Source of the DNA: an uncultured Candidatus Rokubacteria bacterium
GTDB lineage: Bacteria; Methylomirabilota; Methylomirabilia; Rokubacteriales; CSP1-6
Direction of reading: 5' to 3'
DNA: 64,000 bases
Assembly (NCBI GenBank): GCA_963789955.1
Contig: CAWBMV010000001.1
Location: forward strand, 192,001 to 256,000
The notes beneath the pieces were generated by a model. It saw only the letters and a list, made by a program, of their open reading frames with translations. It ran no database searches and had not been told where the DNA came from. The translations under genes were made by a program, and so were the position numbers. Shown here in pieces: positions 33,456 to 43,980 of the stretch. Position 1 is the stretch's first letter. Each line of letters starts with the position of its first letter.

Positions 33456-34738
33456 GCTCCGGGCTCCGGCACCCGGCCGCTCGGCTCGCGGTACTGATCG
33501 TCCTTCTGGCACTCGGTGGCTGCGTCGCGGGGCAGGAGAGTGGACCGGTCACGCTCGTGTTCAAGTACGCGCGCATCCTCGGCGACGCCGACCCGCTGCC
33601 CGCGCTCCTGCGCGAGTTCGAGGCGGCGCACCCGGGCGTGCGCGTCAAGGGCGAGGCGTTGCCGTGGGCGTCGGACGACCAGCACCAGTTCTACGTCATC
33701 AATCTGGAGGGCCGGAGCCCCGGGTTCGACGTCATGATGCTCGACTGCATCTGGGTGCCGGAATTCGCCCGTGCGGGGTGGCTGCTCGATCTGACGAAGT
33801 ATCTCGAGCCTGACGAGCTCGCGCCCTACTTTCCGAGCGCGGTGGCCTCGGCAAACTACGGCGGGCGCGTGTGGGCGCTGCCGTGGAACTTCAACGTCGG
33901 GCTTCTGTACTATCGCGCGGATCTGCTGGCGAAGTACGGCCTGCGGCCGCCGGAGACCTTCGAGGAGCTGGTCGAGCAGGTCCACCGCATTCGTGCCGGC
34001 GAGCGCGATCCGTCGCTCGACGGCTACGTGTGGCAGGGCAAACAGTACGAAGGGCTCGTCGTCAACGTCCTGGAGGCGTTCTGGGCGAATGGCGCCAGGC
34101 TCCTGGGCGACGACGACTCCGTGTTCCCCGATCCGGCGCGCGCCGCCGACGCGCTGCGGTTCCTTCGCGGCCTCATCGAGTCGGGCGTGAGCCCGGTGTG
34201 GACGACCGCGGCCGACGAGGAGCTTTCGCGGCGCGCGTTTGGCGACGGCCATGCGATCTTCCTGCGCAACTGGCCGTACGCGATGGATCTGTTCGAGCGC
34301 GAGGGCTCCGCGGTCCGGGGCAAGGTGGCGTTCGCCGCGGTGCCGGGTCGCGCGCGCGGCGAGCGGGGCGTCGGCTCGACCGGGGGCGCACACCTGGGCG
34401 TGTCGCACTGGAGCCGCCATCCGGATCTCGCGGTGGCGCTGGCGCGGCATCTCACCAGCGAAGCCGCGCAGCGCGCGATCGCGATCGGCGCCGCGCTCTC
34501 GCCGACGCGCCAGGCGCTCTACCGCGACCCGGAGGTCGTGCGCGGCCACCCGGCCATGGCGCAGCTACAGACACTCGCGCTGGCCGGACGCCCACGCCCG
34601 GTCACGCCGTACTACCTGCTGCTGTCGGCGACGGTGCAGCCGGAGTTCTCGGCCGCGCTCGTCGGCGTGAAACGGCCCGAGCGCGCGATCGCCGACGCAG
34701 GCAAGCGACTCAACTTTTTCCTGCAGGCGATCCGATGA
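33452..34738 (+). CDS. Sugar (trehalose/maltose-type) ABC transporter substrate-binding lipoprotein
   Basis: Lipobox LGGC; DCIWVPEFA, GLLYYRADLL, QGKQYEGL, FLRNWPY, RPVTPYY. Confidence 0.9.
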   Translation: MSSGLRHPAARLAVLIVLLALGGCVAGQESGPVTLVFKYARILGDADPLPALLREFEAAHPGVRVKGEALPWASDDQHQFYVINLEGRSPGFDVMMLDCIWVPEFARAGWLLDLTKYLEPDELAPYFPSAVASANYGGRVWALPWNFNVGLLYYRADLLAKYGLRPPETFEELVEQVHRIRAGERDPSLDGYVWQGKQYEGLVVNVLEAFWANGARLLGDDDSVFPDPARAADALRFLRGLIESGVSPVWTTAADEELSRRAFGDGHAIFLRNWPYAMDLFEREGSAVRGKVAFAAVPGRARGERGVGSTGGAHLGVSHWSRHPDLAVALARHLTSEAAQRAIAIGAALSPTRQALYRDPEVVRGHPAMAQLQTLALAGRPRPVTPYYLLLSATVQPEFSAALVGVKRPERAIADAGKRLNFFLQAIR

Positions 34739-35607
34739 CCGGCCGCGAAGCCGCCGCCCGCCGGCACGCGCTCGTGTGCGTGGCGCCGACCGTCCTGGCA
34801 CTGGGCGCGCTCACGGTCTATCCGGGCATCTGGGTGCTGTGGCTCTCGCTCCAGCGGCGCATCCCGATCTTCGACGTGTCGCGCTTCGCCGGATTCGAAA
34901 ACTACGCGTTCCTGGCCGTCGATCCGCGATTCTGGAGCGCCGCGCACACGACCGCCGTGTTCACGCTCGGGTCGGTAGCGCTCGAGGTCGTGCTCGGCGT
35001 GGCCGCGGCGCTCGCGATCAATGCGCAGCGGCGCGGCCGTCGCGTGGCCATCTCGCTGCTGCTCCTTGCGTGGGCGATGCCGGCCGTCGTGGGCGCGAAG
35101 CTCTTCGAGTGGCTCTATCATCCCGCGGCCGGGCTCATCAACGTGGCGCTCGGCCGGCACTCGATCAACTGGCTCGGCGATCCCGTCGTGGCGCTGCCGG
35201 CCGTCATCCTGGCCGACGTGTGGCGCACGATGCCGTTCGTGGCAATCCTCTGCTACGCGCGGCTCCTGGCGATTCCGGCCGACGTGTACGAGGCGGCGCA
35301 GGTCGACGGCGCCGGCCGGCTCGCGACCTTGACGCGGATCACCCTGCCGATGCTCGGGCGGATCTTGCTGCTGGCGGTCCTGTTCCGCACCCTGGACGCG
35401 CTGCGCGCCTTCGACATCATGTTCGTCCTGACCGGCGGCGGCCCGGCCGGGACGACCGAGACGCTCACGGTCTATGCGTACCGGGCGCTCTTCCAGACCC
35501 TGCAGCTGGGCTTCGGCTCGGCGGTGAGCGTGATCGTGTTCGCCCTGGTCATGACCGTCGCGTGGGCGTACTTGAGACTCCTTCGCACGGGCACGGTCGC
35601 CGCATGA
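34735..35607 (+). CDS. Sugar ABC transporter permease
   Basis: ADVWRTMPF, YEAAQVDGA, LFRTLDALRAFD, TGGGP. Confidence 0.92.
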   Translation: MTGREAAARRHALVCVAPTVLALGALTVYPGIWVLWLSLQRRIPIFDVSRFAGFENYAFLAVDPRFWSAAHTTAVFTLGSVALEVVLGVAAALAINAQRRGRRVAISLLLLAWAMPAVVGAKLFEWLYHPAAGLINVALGRHSINWLGDPVVALPAVILADVWRTMPFVAILCYARLLAIPADVYEAAQVDGAGRLATLTRITLPMLGRILLLAVLFRTLDALRAFDIMFVLTGGGPAGTTETLTVYAYRALFQTLQLGFGSAVSVIVFALVMTVAWAYLRLLRTGTVAA

Positions 35608-36425
35608 GAGCCCGCATGCGAACACTCGCCGACGTCGCGGTGGTGCTGGCGCTCGCCGCGTACGCGATCCCGTTCTTCTGGCAGCTCCTGACGTCGTTCA
35701 AGCCCGAGGCCGAGCTGCTCCGCGTGCCGCCGCTCCTGCCGAGCCGGCTGACGTTGGCCCACTACGACGTCGTGATCTCGCAGAGCCTGATACCGCGGGC
35801 GCTCGGCAACAGCCTGGGGATCGCCACGCTCACCACGCTCGTGTCGCTCGCCGCCGGGGTGCCGGCCGCGTACGCGGTCGCGCGGCTTCCGCTGCCGGGC
35901 AAGCGCCTCCTGCTGCTGGCGATCGTCGCGAGCACGGCGTTTCCCCAGATCGCGACGGTGAGCCCGCTCTATCTCCTGATGCGGGCACTCGAGCTGCGCG
36001 ACACGTGGGCCGGGCTGGTGCTCGTGCACGCCTCGTTCGCGCTGCCGCTGACCATCTGGCTGCTCGCCGGATTCGTGCGCGAGATCCCGATCGAGGCCGA
36101 GGAGGCCGCGTCCGTCGACGGTGCGGGGCTCGTCGCCATGCTCCGCTGGGTCCTGCTTCCGCTGCTGGCGCCCGGCCTGGCCTCGACGGCGTTGCTGACG
36201 TTCCTCTTCAGCTGGAACGAGTTTCTCTTCGCCTACACGTTCACGGTTTCGGAAGCGAGCCGGACGATTCCGGTCGCGCTGGCGTTGTTCCCCGGCGTCT
36301 TCGAGGTGCCGTGGGGCGACATCGCGGCGGCGTCGATGCTCGCGAGCCTTCCACCCGTCGTGATCGTCATCGCGCTGCAGCGTTTCCTGGTCCAGGGCCT
36401 GGTCGCCGGCGCGGTGAAGGAGTGA
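35604..36425 (+). CDS. Sugar ABC transporter permease
   Basis: EEAASVDGA, WNEFLFA, PWGDIAAAS, QGLVAGAVK. Confidence 0.92.
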   Translation: MRARMRTLADVAVVLALAAYAIPFFWQLLTSFKPEAELLRVPPLLPSRLTLAHYDVVISQSLIPRALGNSLGIATLTTLVSLAAGVPAAYAVARLPLPGKRLLLLAIVASTAFPQIATVSPLYLLMRALELRDTWAGLVLVHASFALPLTIWLLAGFVREIPIEAEEAASVDGAGLVAMLRWVLLPLLAPGLASTALLTFLFSWNEFLFAYTFTVSEASRTIPVALALFPGVFEVPWGDIAAASMLASLPPVVIVIALQRFLVQGLVAGAVKE

Positions 36426-36448
36426 GCTAGTATGAGGAGGGGACGACC

Positions 36449-37156
36449 ATGACCGACTTCTGGCGCGACCTCGTTCTGACCGCGATGCACAACATGGGCG
36501 TCACCCTCGGCACCGTGCTGCCGAGCATCCTCGCCATGCTCACGCTGGTAGCGCTCGGCGCCCTGCTGGGGTGGATCGCCGGCACGCTCGTCGGTCGGCT
36601 CGCGCAGGCGCTCCACCTCGACCAGCGGAGCCGCACGTGGGGTATCACGTCCGCCCTCGCGCGCGCCGGCATCTACCGGCCGCCATCCCAGGCGCTGCGG
36701 CTCGTCGCGTTCTGGGGCATCTTCGTGATCTTCGCGACGATGGGCATCGACGCCCTGGCGATCCCCGGCGCCCCCGGTGCGACCAGCATGCTCCTGAGCT
36801 TCCTGCCGCGCCTGCTGTCCGCGCTCCTGATCCTGGTGGTCGGCTGGCTTGCCGCGAACTTCCTCGGGCAGGCAGTGCTGATCACCGCGGTCAACGCCGG
36901 CATCGTCCAGGCGCGGCTTCTGGCGCGCACCACCCGGTCGGTCGTGCTCCTCTTCGCCGTCGCCACGGCGCTCGTCGAGATCGGCATCGGCCGCGACATG
37001 GTGCTGATCGCGTTCGGCGTGCTGTTCGGCGGGCTCGTGCTGGCGCTGGCGCTCGCCTTCGGGCTCGGCGGCCGCCATCTCGCGCGCGAGATCCTCGAGC
37101 GCAGCCGGCGCCGCGAGCGCGAGCCGGCGGCGCAGGATTCGATCACGCACCTGTAG
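36449..37156 (+). CDS. Conserved TM-helix-repeat membrane protein (MscS-associated/CmpX-like)
   Basis: Two repeats LP.IL..L.IL..GW; C-terminal ALALAFGLGGRHLA. Confidence 0.7.
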   Translation: MTDFWRDLVLTAMHNMGVTLGTVLPSILAMLTLVALGALLGWIAGTLVGRLAQALHLDQRSRTWGITSALARAGIYRPPSQALRLVAFWGIFVIFATMGIDALAIPGAPGATSMLLSFLPRLLSALLILVVGWLAANFLGQAVLITAVNAGIVQARLLARTTRSVVLLFAVATALVEIGIGRDMVLIAFGVLFGGLVLALALAFGLGGRHLAREILERSRRREREPAAQDSITHL

Positions 37157-37224
37157 ACTCCTTCAGGCGCGGGCCGTCGAGATAGGCTGCCGGGCCGTGC
37201 GCTCGGGCCAGCTAGACTTTTTCA

Positions 37225-38367
37225 GTGGCGACCCTGGCCGACGCCCACCGGTTCCCCACCGCGATTCCCGTCATCGTCGCCAATTGCGTGCCGATCGTCG
37301 GCGTCCTGGCGTTCGGATGGGATCTCCGGTCCATCATGTTCGTCTACTGGCTCGAGACCGCCGTGGTCGTGTTCTACAGTGTCCTGAAGGTCGTCACGGT
37401 CGGCGGGCCGATCACGTTGCTGTGGATGCCCGGGCACCTCGCCTTCTTCGGCGTGTTCATGAGCTTTCATCTCATGATGATTCTCGCGCTGGGCCCGACG
37501 CCCGGTGGCGGGTTCTTCCCGCCCGACATCATCCGCGAGCTGTTCCGCCGAACCTGGAGCGCCGGCATCGGCCTGGTCGTGAGTCACGGGATCTCGTTCG
37601 TGGTGAACTTTCTGGGGAACGGCGAGTACCGGCACACGACCGTCAACGAGCAGGTCGCCGCGCCGTGGAAGCGCGTGCTGATCATGCATGCCACGATGCT
37701 CGTCGGCGCGTGGTCGGTCATGCTGTTCGAGGCGCCCGTGGGGGCGCTCGTCATGCTGGCGGTGCTGAAAATCGTCGTCGACTTGCATGGGCACCTGCGG
37801 GAGCGTCCGGTGACCTCCGAGGCGGAGCCGTCTCGCTCCGCCCCGGTCCCCGCGACGACGATCGAGGGTGTGCTCGGCCTGTTCGGCGCCTTTCTCGTCT
37901 TCTGCGGCGTGGTACTGGCGGCCGGCAGCGGGGGACAGGTCTTTCGCGCATCGCGAATCAGATCCCAGTGGCCGACCGTGAACGCCGAGGTGGTCGACTG
38001 CCGTGTCCGTGAAGCGGTCGACCGGGCGCCCAACGTCTCGTACGTGCTTCGCTGCCGCTTCCGCTACGACGTCGCCGGGGTCCAGCACGTGGCGGCCTTC
38101 TCCACGCGCCGCACGAGCGATCAGGAGACCGTCGCCGAGATGCGGCGCTGGGTCGCACAGCATCGAAGCGGCACCATGCAGCCGATCCACTATGACGTGC
38201 TGGCCCCGAACCGGATCAGCCTCGGTGAGCTCGGCGAGACCATCGACCCGCCGCTCGTCGGTCAGACCTTGACGGCGGCCGGGGGTTTCGCCGGGGCGGG
38301 CGCTCTCCTTTTGGTGATCGCCCGATGGCGATCGCGCCGATCGCTCGCGCGCCAGGCGGTCGCGTAG
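37225..38367 (+). CDS. Membrane protein, DUF6498-like N-half plus DUF3592-like C-half
   Basis: ANCVPIVGVLAFGW..YWLET...FMSFH...KRVLIMH; WPTVNAEV...FRYDVAG...IHYD..P. Confidence 0.6.
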   Translation: MATLADAHRFPTAIPVIVANCVPIVGVLAFGWDLRSIMFVYWLETAVVVFYSVLKVVTVGGPITLLWMPGHLAFFGVFMSFHLMMILALGPTPGGGFFPPDIIRELFRRTWSAGIGLVVSHGISFVVNFLGNGEYRHTTVNEQVAAPWKRVLIMHATMLVGAWSVMLFEAPVGALVMLAVLKIVVDLHGHLRERPVTSEAEPSRSAPVPATTIEGVLGLFGAFLVFCGVVLAAGSGGQVFRASRIRSQWPTVNAEVVDCRVREAVDRAPNVSYVLRCRFRYDVAGVQHVAAFSTRRTSDQETVAEMRRWVAQHRSGTMQPIHYDVLAPNRISLGELGETIDPPLVGQTLTAAGGFAGAGALLLVIARWRSRRSLARQAVA

Positions 38368-38463
38368 CGAAGTCACTCGAACGGCCGGCCGTTCCCGCGG
38401 GTCGTGGGCCCGTGCTCGTGTGGTGGGGCCGTGCTATGGTGGCTCCGGAGGTTCCGGGCGAAC

Positions 38464-39084
38464 GTGAGCGGCGCACTGATTACGTTCGAGGGCGTCGAAG
38501 GGTCGGGCAAGACGACCCAGATGATGCGGCTCGGGCGATGGCTTCGTCGGCAGGGGCGGAAGGTGGAGCACACGCGCGAGCCGGACGGGACTCGGCTCGG
38601 CGTCGCGGTGCGCGGCCTCTTCAAGCGTCCGGGCATGCAGCCGAAGCCGCTGGTCGAAGTGTTCCTCTTCATGGCCGCGCGTCAGCAGCACGTGGCCGAG
38701 AAGATCCGGCCGTGGCTCGAGCGCGACCGCGTCGTGCTCTGCGATCGCTATGCGGACGCGACGGTCGCCTATCAGGGCTACGGTCGCGGCGTCGATCGCG
38801 ATCTGATCCGTGAGCTGAATGCTCGCGCGACGAGCGGCGTCATGCCCGACCTCACCCTGCTGTTCGATCTCGATCCCGCCGAGGGACTTCGACGAATCCG
38901 CGGGCGGCGTCTGGACAACTTCGAGCGCGAGAAGCTCGTCTTCCATCGGCGCGTGCGCCAGGGGTATCTCGAAATCCTCCGCGCCGAGCCCAAGCGTGTG
39001 CGGTTGATCCGCGCGGCGCAGCCGCCGGACGTCGTTGAACGCGACGTGCGGGCGATCGTCGAGGAGTTCTTCCGTGGCGCTTGA
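38464..39084 (+). CDS. tmk: Thymidylate kinase
   Basis: ITFEGVEGSGKTTQ, TREP, LCDRYADATVAYQGYGRG. Confidence 0.96.
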   Translation: MSGALITFEGVEGSGKTTQMMRLGRWLRRQGRKVEHTREPDGTRLGVAVRGLFKRPGMQPKPLVEVFLFMAARQQHVAEKIRPWLERDRVVLCDRYADATVAYQGYGRGVDRDLIRELNARATSGVMPDLTLLFDLDPAEGLRRIRGRRLDNFEREKLVFHRRVRQGYLEILRAEPKRVRLIRAAQPPDVVERDVRAIVEEFFRGA

Positions 39085-39916
39085 GCGGGTCCTCGACCAG
39101 CCGCGGGCGGTGGATCTGCTTCGCCGCGCGCTGGCGAGCGACCGAGTCGCCCACGCCTACGCCTTCATCGGTCCCACCGGCGCCGGCCGGATGACGACGG
39201 CGCTCGCGTTCGCCGAGGAGCTTCTGGCCAGCCCGGCGCGGCTGCATCCCGACCTGCACGTGATCGTGCCGACGCCGCCCGAATCGAATCCGCGCGGAGC
39301 CCGCGCGATCCGGATCGGCGCGGTCCGCGAGCTCGAGCGGCAGGCCTCGCTCCGGCCCGCGATGGCGCGCCGCAAGGTGTTCATCCTGGACGAAGCCGAG
39401 CGGATGACCGACGACACGCCGCAGGCGTTCCTGAAGACCCTGGAAGAGCCGCCCGCCGCGACCGTGATCATCCTGATCCTGCCGCGGGCGCGGGCGGTCC
39501 CGGCCACCTTGCTCTCGCGCTGCCAGATCGTCCGCTTCGGGGCGCGCGCCGACGCCGGCTCCAATGCGGCTCGGGCGCAGGCGCTCGAGCTCCTCGCCGA
39601 GGTGAAGGCCCAGGGTGTCGACGCGCTGTTCCGCCGCACCGATCGTCTGGAGCGCGAGAAGGCGGAAGGCCTGGTCGACGCCTACTGGCTCTACTGCCGC
39701 GATCTGCTCCTGGCCAAGTCGGGCGCGCCGAACGGTCTGTTGATCGACACCGACCGCGCCGACGAGCTCGCGCGTGAAGCCGAGGGCTGGACCATCGATC
39801 AGATCGTCTCGGCGGTCGACGTCTGCCGGCAGGCGCGCGAGGCGCTGCTGCGCAACGTCGCCCCGCGCCTCACCCTCGAAATCGTATTGAGCCGGCTCGC
39901 CCTGCGGGCGGCATAG
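39074..39916 (+). CDS. holB: DNA polymerase III delta' subunit
   Basis: HAYAFIGP, HPDL, KVFILDEAERMT, AFLKTLEEPP, TLLSRCQ; follows tmk. Confidence 0.88.
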   Translation: MALERVLDQPRAVDLLRRALASDRVAHAYAFIGPTGAGRMTTALAFAEELLASPARLHPDLHVIVPTPPESNPRGARAIRIGAVRELERQASLRPAMARRKVFILDEAERMTDDTPQAFLKTLEEPPAATVIILILPRARAVPATLLSRCQIVRFGARADAGSNAARAQALELLAEVKAQGVDALFRRTDRLEREKAEGLVDAYWLYCRDLLLAKSGAPNGLLIDTDRADELAREAEGWTIDQIVSAVDVCRQAREALLRNVAPRLTLEIVLSRLALRAA

Positions 39917-39927
39917 GATAGAGGACC

Positions 39928-40776
39928 ATGGACGAATATCTGATTGGCGTCCGGCTTCGCCCGACGGCCCAGGCCGACGACTATCGGGTCGGCGATCTCG
40001 AGCTCCACGTCGGCGATCTGGTGCTCGTCGAGACGGCGAACGAGACGGTGATCGGCGAGATTCGCCGGCCCCGGCGCGAGATCCCCGAGGCGAAGAAGGA
40101 CCGCGCGTACCCTCGCGTGCTGCGCCTGGCGACCGACGAGGAAGCACGCGCCTATCGTGAACGCCGGGTGCGCGAGGAGCGCGCGATCGAGACCTGCCAG
40201 CGGGTCGCGCGCAGCCGGGGTCTGGTGATGAAGGTGGTCGACGTCGAGATGCACCCGGTGGCGCGCCGGACGACCGTGTACTTCAACGCCGAGGAGCGCA
40301 TCGACTTCCGTGACCTGGTGCGTGATCTCGCGCGCGAGCTGCGCTCGCGGGTCGAGATGCGCCAGATCGGCGCGCGGGACACCACGAAAGTCCTGGACGG
40401 CATCGGACCGTGCGGGCGCCAGCTCTGCTGCACCTCGCACCTGCGGCGCTTCGATCCGATCTCGGTGAAGATGGCCAAGGCGCAGGACATGCCGCTGACC
40501 GACAACCGGCTGCTGGGCAACTGCGGCCGGCTCAAGTGCTGCCTGCTCTACGAGTTCTCGACCTACGAGGAGCTCCGGTCGCGGCTGCCGCGCGTGAACT
40601 CGCCCTGCGAGGCCAACTGCGGCACGAAGGGCTGCATGACGGGCAAGGTGCGGTCGATCCGCGTCCTCAAGCAGAGCGTCGTGGTCGGCTTTCCCGACGG
40701 GACGCAGGCCGAGGTGCCGATCGATCTCGTCACCTGGGAAGGGCGGGCGCACATCAAAGCCCAGCTCGAGCCGTGA
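39928..40776 (+). CDS. ricT: PSP1-domain protein RicT/YaaT
   Basis: RIDFRDLVRDLA, RQIGARD, GIGPCGRQLCC, KMAKAQ, CGRLKCCL. Confidence 0.92.
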   Translation: MDEYLIGVRLRPTAQADDYRVGDLELHVGDLVLVETANETVIGEIRRPRREIPEAKKDRAYPRVLRLATDEEARAYRERRVREERAIETCQRVARSRGLVMKVVDVEMHPVARRTTVYFNAEERIDFRDLVRDLARELRSRVEMRQIGARDTTKVLDGIGPCGRQLCCTSHLRRFDPISVKMAKAQDMPLTDNRLLGNCGRLKCCLLYEFSTYEELRSRLPRVNSPCEANCGTKGCMTGKVRSIRVLKQSVVVGFPDGTQAEVPIDLVTWEGRAHIKAQLEP

Positions 40777-42662
40777 CCGCGTTCTACCTGACGACGCCGA
40801 TCTACTACGTGAACGATCGCCCCCACCTGGGGCACGCCTACTCGACGATCGTCGCCGACGCGATGGCGCGCTACCGGCGGATCGCGGGCGACGACGTCTG
40901 GTTTCTGACCGGTACCGACGAGCACGGCGACAAGATCGCGCAGGCCGCGGCCAAGGCCGGCGTGACGCCGCAGGCGATGGCCGATCAGAACTCCGCCGCG
41001 TTCCGCTCGACCTGGCAGGCGCTCGGCATCCAGTACAACGACTACATCCGGACGACCGAGGCGCGCCACCAGAAGGTCGTCCAGGCGATTCTCCAGAAGC
41101 TCTGGGACGCCGGCGAGATCTATCTCGGCAAGTACGGCGGCCACTACTGCTACGGCTGCGAGCGGTTCTACACCGAGAAGGAGATCGTCGACGGCAAGTG
41201 CCCCGATCACCTGACGCCGCTCACGTGGGTCGAGGAAGAGAACTACTTCTTCAAGATGTCGAAGTACCAGAGCTGGCTGATCGACCACATCGAGCGCAAT
41301 CCCGACTTCGTGCGGCCCGAGCGCTATCGCAACGAGGTGCTCGGCTTTCTGCGCGATCCGCTGACCGATCTCTCGATCAGCCGCCCGCGCCGCCGGCTCG
41401 AGTGGGGCATCCCGCTGCCGTTCGACGACAAGTACGTCACCTACGTCTGGTTCGACGCGCTGATCAACTACGTGTCGGCGCTCGGCGGCCCGGGCGATCC
41501 CCGCTTCGAGAAGTTCTGGCCGCACGTCCAGCACGTGATCGGCAAGGACATCGTGAAGCCGCACGCGATCTACTGGCCGTGCATGCTGAAGGCGGCCGGC
41601 ATCGCGCTGTACCGGCACCTCAACGTCCACGGCTACTGGACGCTCGGCGGCCACAAGATCTCCAAGTCCGTCGGCAATCTCGTCGAGGCGCTGGCGTTCA
41701 AGGAGAAGTACGGCAACGACGCCTTCCGCTACTTCGTCCTGCGCGAGATGGTGTTCGGGCTCGACGCCGACTTCTCCGAGGAGGCGTTCGTCGGCCGGCT
41801 CAACGCCGATCTGGCGAACGATCTCGGCAACCTGGTCTCGCGCGCGACGACGTTGATCGTGAACCTCGGCCAGGGCGTGGTACCCGACCGCGCGACCGCG
41901 ACGGCCGTCGAGGACGCCGTGGGCGCGGCCTTCGCCAAGGCCAAAGCCGACGTCGCGACCGCGATGGACGAGTTCGCGTTCCATCGCGCGCTGGCGGCGA
42001 TCTGGGAGTTCGTCGGCGTCGTGAACCGCTACGTCGACACGACCCAGCCGTGGGCGCTCGCCAAGGATCCCGGCAAGAAGGATCGGCTCGACGCGGCGCT
42101 TTCCACCCTGGCCGAGTCGCTGAGGCTCCTCGGGATCGTGCTGACGCCGTTCCTGCCCGACGCGGCCGCGAAAATCCGTGGTGCACTCGGCCGGAGCGGT
42201 GAGCCGAAGCTCGCCGACGCGGTCTGGGGACAGTTCGCCACCGGCGCGCCGGTGCAGAAGGTCTCAGGGCTCTTCCCGCGCATCGACGACAAGAAGGCGC
42301 CGGCTGCCGCGGCGGCCACCGCCACCGCGGACGCGACGTCGCGCATCAAGATCGACGAGTTCGGCAAGGTCGAGCTGCGCGTCGCCGAGGTGATCGCCGC
42401 CGAGCCGCTGCCCAAGTCGAAGAAGCTCCTGAAGCTCACGGTGTCGCTCGGCCAGGAGCAGCGCACCGTGGTCGCGGGGATCGCCGAGCACTACGCGCCG
42501 GCCGAGATCGTGGGCAAGAAGGTCGTCATCGTGGCGAATCTCGAGGCGGCGAAGCTGATGGGCGTCGAGTCGAACGGCATGGTGCTGGCCGCCTCCGCCG
42601 GCGGCAAGCTCTCCGTCCTCACGCTCGACCGCGATCTGCCGCCCGGAGCGAAGGTCACGTGA
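40773..42662 (+). CDS. metG: Methionyl-tRNA synthetase with C-terminal tRNA-binding domain
   Basis: YLTTPIYYVN.RPHLGHAY, TGTDEHG, YVWFDAL, KISKS, C-terminal OB domain. Confidence 0.97.
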   Translation: MTAFYLTTPIYYVNDRPHLGHAYSTIVADAMARYRRIAGDDVWFLTGTDEHGDKIAQAAAKAGVTPQAMADQNSAAFRSTWQALGIQYNDYIRTTEARHQKVVQAILQKLWDAGEIYLGKYGGHYCYGCERFYTEKEIVDGKCPDHLTPLTWVEEENYFFKMSKYQSWLIDHIERNPDFVRPERYRNEVLGFLRDPLTDLSISRPRRRLEWGIPLPFDDKYVTYVWFDALINYVSALGGPGDPRFEKFWPHVQHVIGKDIVKPHAIYWPCMLKAAGIALYRHLNVHGYWTLGGHKISKSVGNLVEALAFKEKYGNDAFRYFVLREMVFGLDADFSEEAFVGRLNADLANDLGNLVSRATTLIVNLGQGVVPDRATATAVEDAVGAAFAKAKADVATAMDEFAFHRALAAIWEFVGVVNRYVDTTQPWALAKDPGKKDRLDAALSTLAESLRLLGIVLTPFLPDAAAKIRGALGRSGEPKLADAVWGQFATGAPVQKVSGLFPRIDDKKAPAAAAATATADATSRIKIDEFGKVELRVAEVIAAEPLPKSKKLLKLTVSLGQEQRTVVAGIAEHYAPAEIVGKKVVIVANLEAAKLMGVESNGMVLAASAGGKLSVLTLDRDLPPGAKVT

Positions 42663-42964
42663 GCCACCGCGCGTTCGGCCCGGCGCTGAGCCCGGACGAG
42701 TACGTGGACGCCATGGTGCAGGTCGCGGCCCGCGACGCCTCCATCGGCCGCGTGCTGCGGGAGATCCTGAGCCTCGACGGCGCCGTCAGATCGAGCGCCC
42801 TCGATCTGGTCGCCGCGCACCTGCGCGTGCACTCCGCCGCCGGCGACGTGCTCGACTGCATCGACTTGCTCAAGCGCGACGCGATCGCCGAGCGCCTCAG
42901 CGAGCGTCTCGCCGCCGCGCGCACGCCCGATTCGGGCGGTCCGACGACCCCGCCACCCGTGTGA
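42659..42964 (+). CDS. Hypothetical protein
   Basis: Coupled by GTGA overlaps on both sides; host-like codon usage. Confidence 0.65.
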   Translation: MSHRAFGPALSPDEYVDAMVQVAARDASIGRVLREILSLDGAVRSSALDLVAAHLRVHSAAGDVLDCIDLLKRDAIAERLSERLAAARTPDSGGPTTPPPV

Positions 42965-43951
42965 GCTCCGCGTTCGCGTGGATCGCCGAGTGGGGCGTCT
43001 CGTTCGCCTCGCTGACCGGCGGCGTGCTCACCCTCTTCGTGTTCCGGCGCGGTCTGCCCAACGTCGCCTATATCGTCGGCTATCTGCTGCTGCTGTGGCT
43101 GCTCTTCGCGGTGCTGGTCGAGCTGCGCCAGCCGCTCGCCGAGTCGGGTCGCCGGTCGGGCCGGCTGGTCGTCACCGCGGCCGACTACACGATCCAGACG
43201 CTCTACCACGGCCTGCTCCTGTTCGTGCTGCCCGCGTACTGGGCGAGCACGACGTTGACCTCCCGCAACGTGGTCTTCCTCGGGCTCCTCGTCCTGCTCA
43301 CGCTTGCTGGCGACCTTCGATCCGTGGTATCGCGCGATCGTGCATCCGCGGCCCTGGCTCGGCTACGTGTTCTTCGTCGTCTCGATCTTCGCGGCGCTGA
43401 ACGTCGCGCTGCCGCTCGTCGGGCTGCCGCCGTTCTGGGCGCTCATGGCCAGCGCGTTCGCCGCCTCGCTCGCGATCACGCCGGTGGTCCGGCGCGCCGG
43501 CGACCGGACGTGGGTGGGGGCTCTGCGAGTGACGGTGGCGCTCGGCGTCGTTGCGGTGGCGCTGGCGGCGGTCGGACGCGCGTGGATCCCGCCCGCGCCG
43601 CTCTTCATGGCGCGCGCGGCGATCCTGTGGGATGTGCTCGACCTCGACAACGTCGAGGCGCTGCCGACGACGCTCTCGGCCGCCGAGGTGAAGGAGCGCG
43701 GGCTCGTGGCGTACACTGCGATCTACGCGCCGGCCGGCTTGCGCCAGTCGGTCAGCCACGTCTGGCGGCATCGGGGCCGCGTCATCGAGGTCGTCTCGCT
43801 GGCCCCGGTGCTCGGTGGACGCCGGGAGGGCTACCGCACCTATTCGCGCAAGACGTCGTTTCCCGAAGATTCGGAAGGGCGCTGGTCGGTGGACGTCGTG
43901 ACGGCCTCGGGCCAGCTGATCGGCCGGCTCAGGTTTCGAATCGTTCGATAA
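42961..43951 (+). CDS. Membrane protein with C-terminal DUF2914-like domain, frameshift ~43300
   Basis: TM N-half; AYTAIYAPAGL...HVWRH...GGRREGYRTYSRK...GRWSVDVVTASGQLIGR. Confidence 0.75.
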
Positions 43952-43980
43952 CGGTCGACGATCCGACGCGGAGGGATGCC

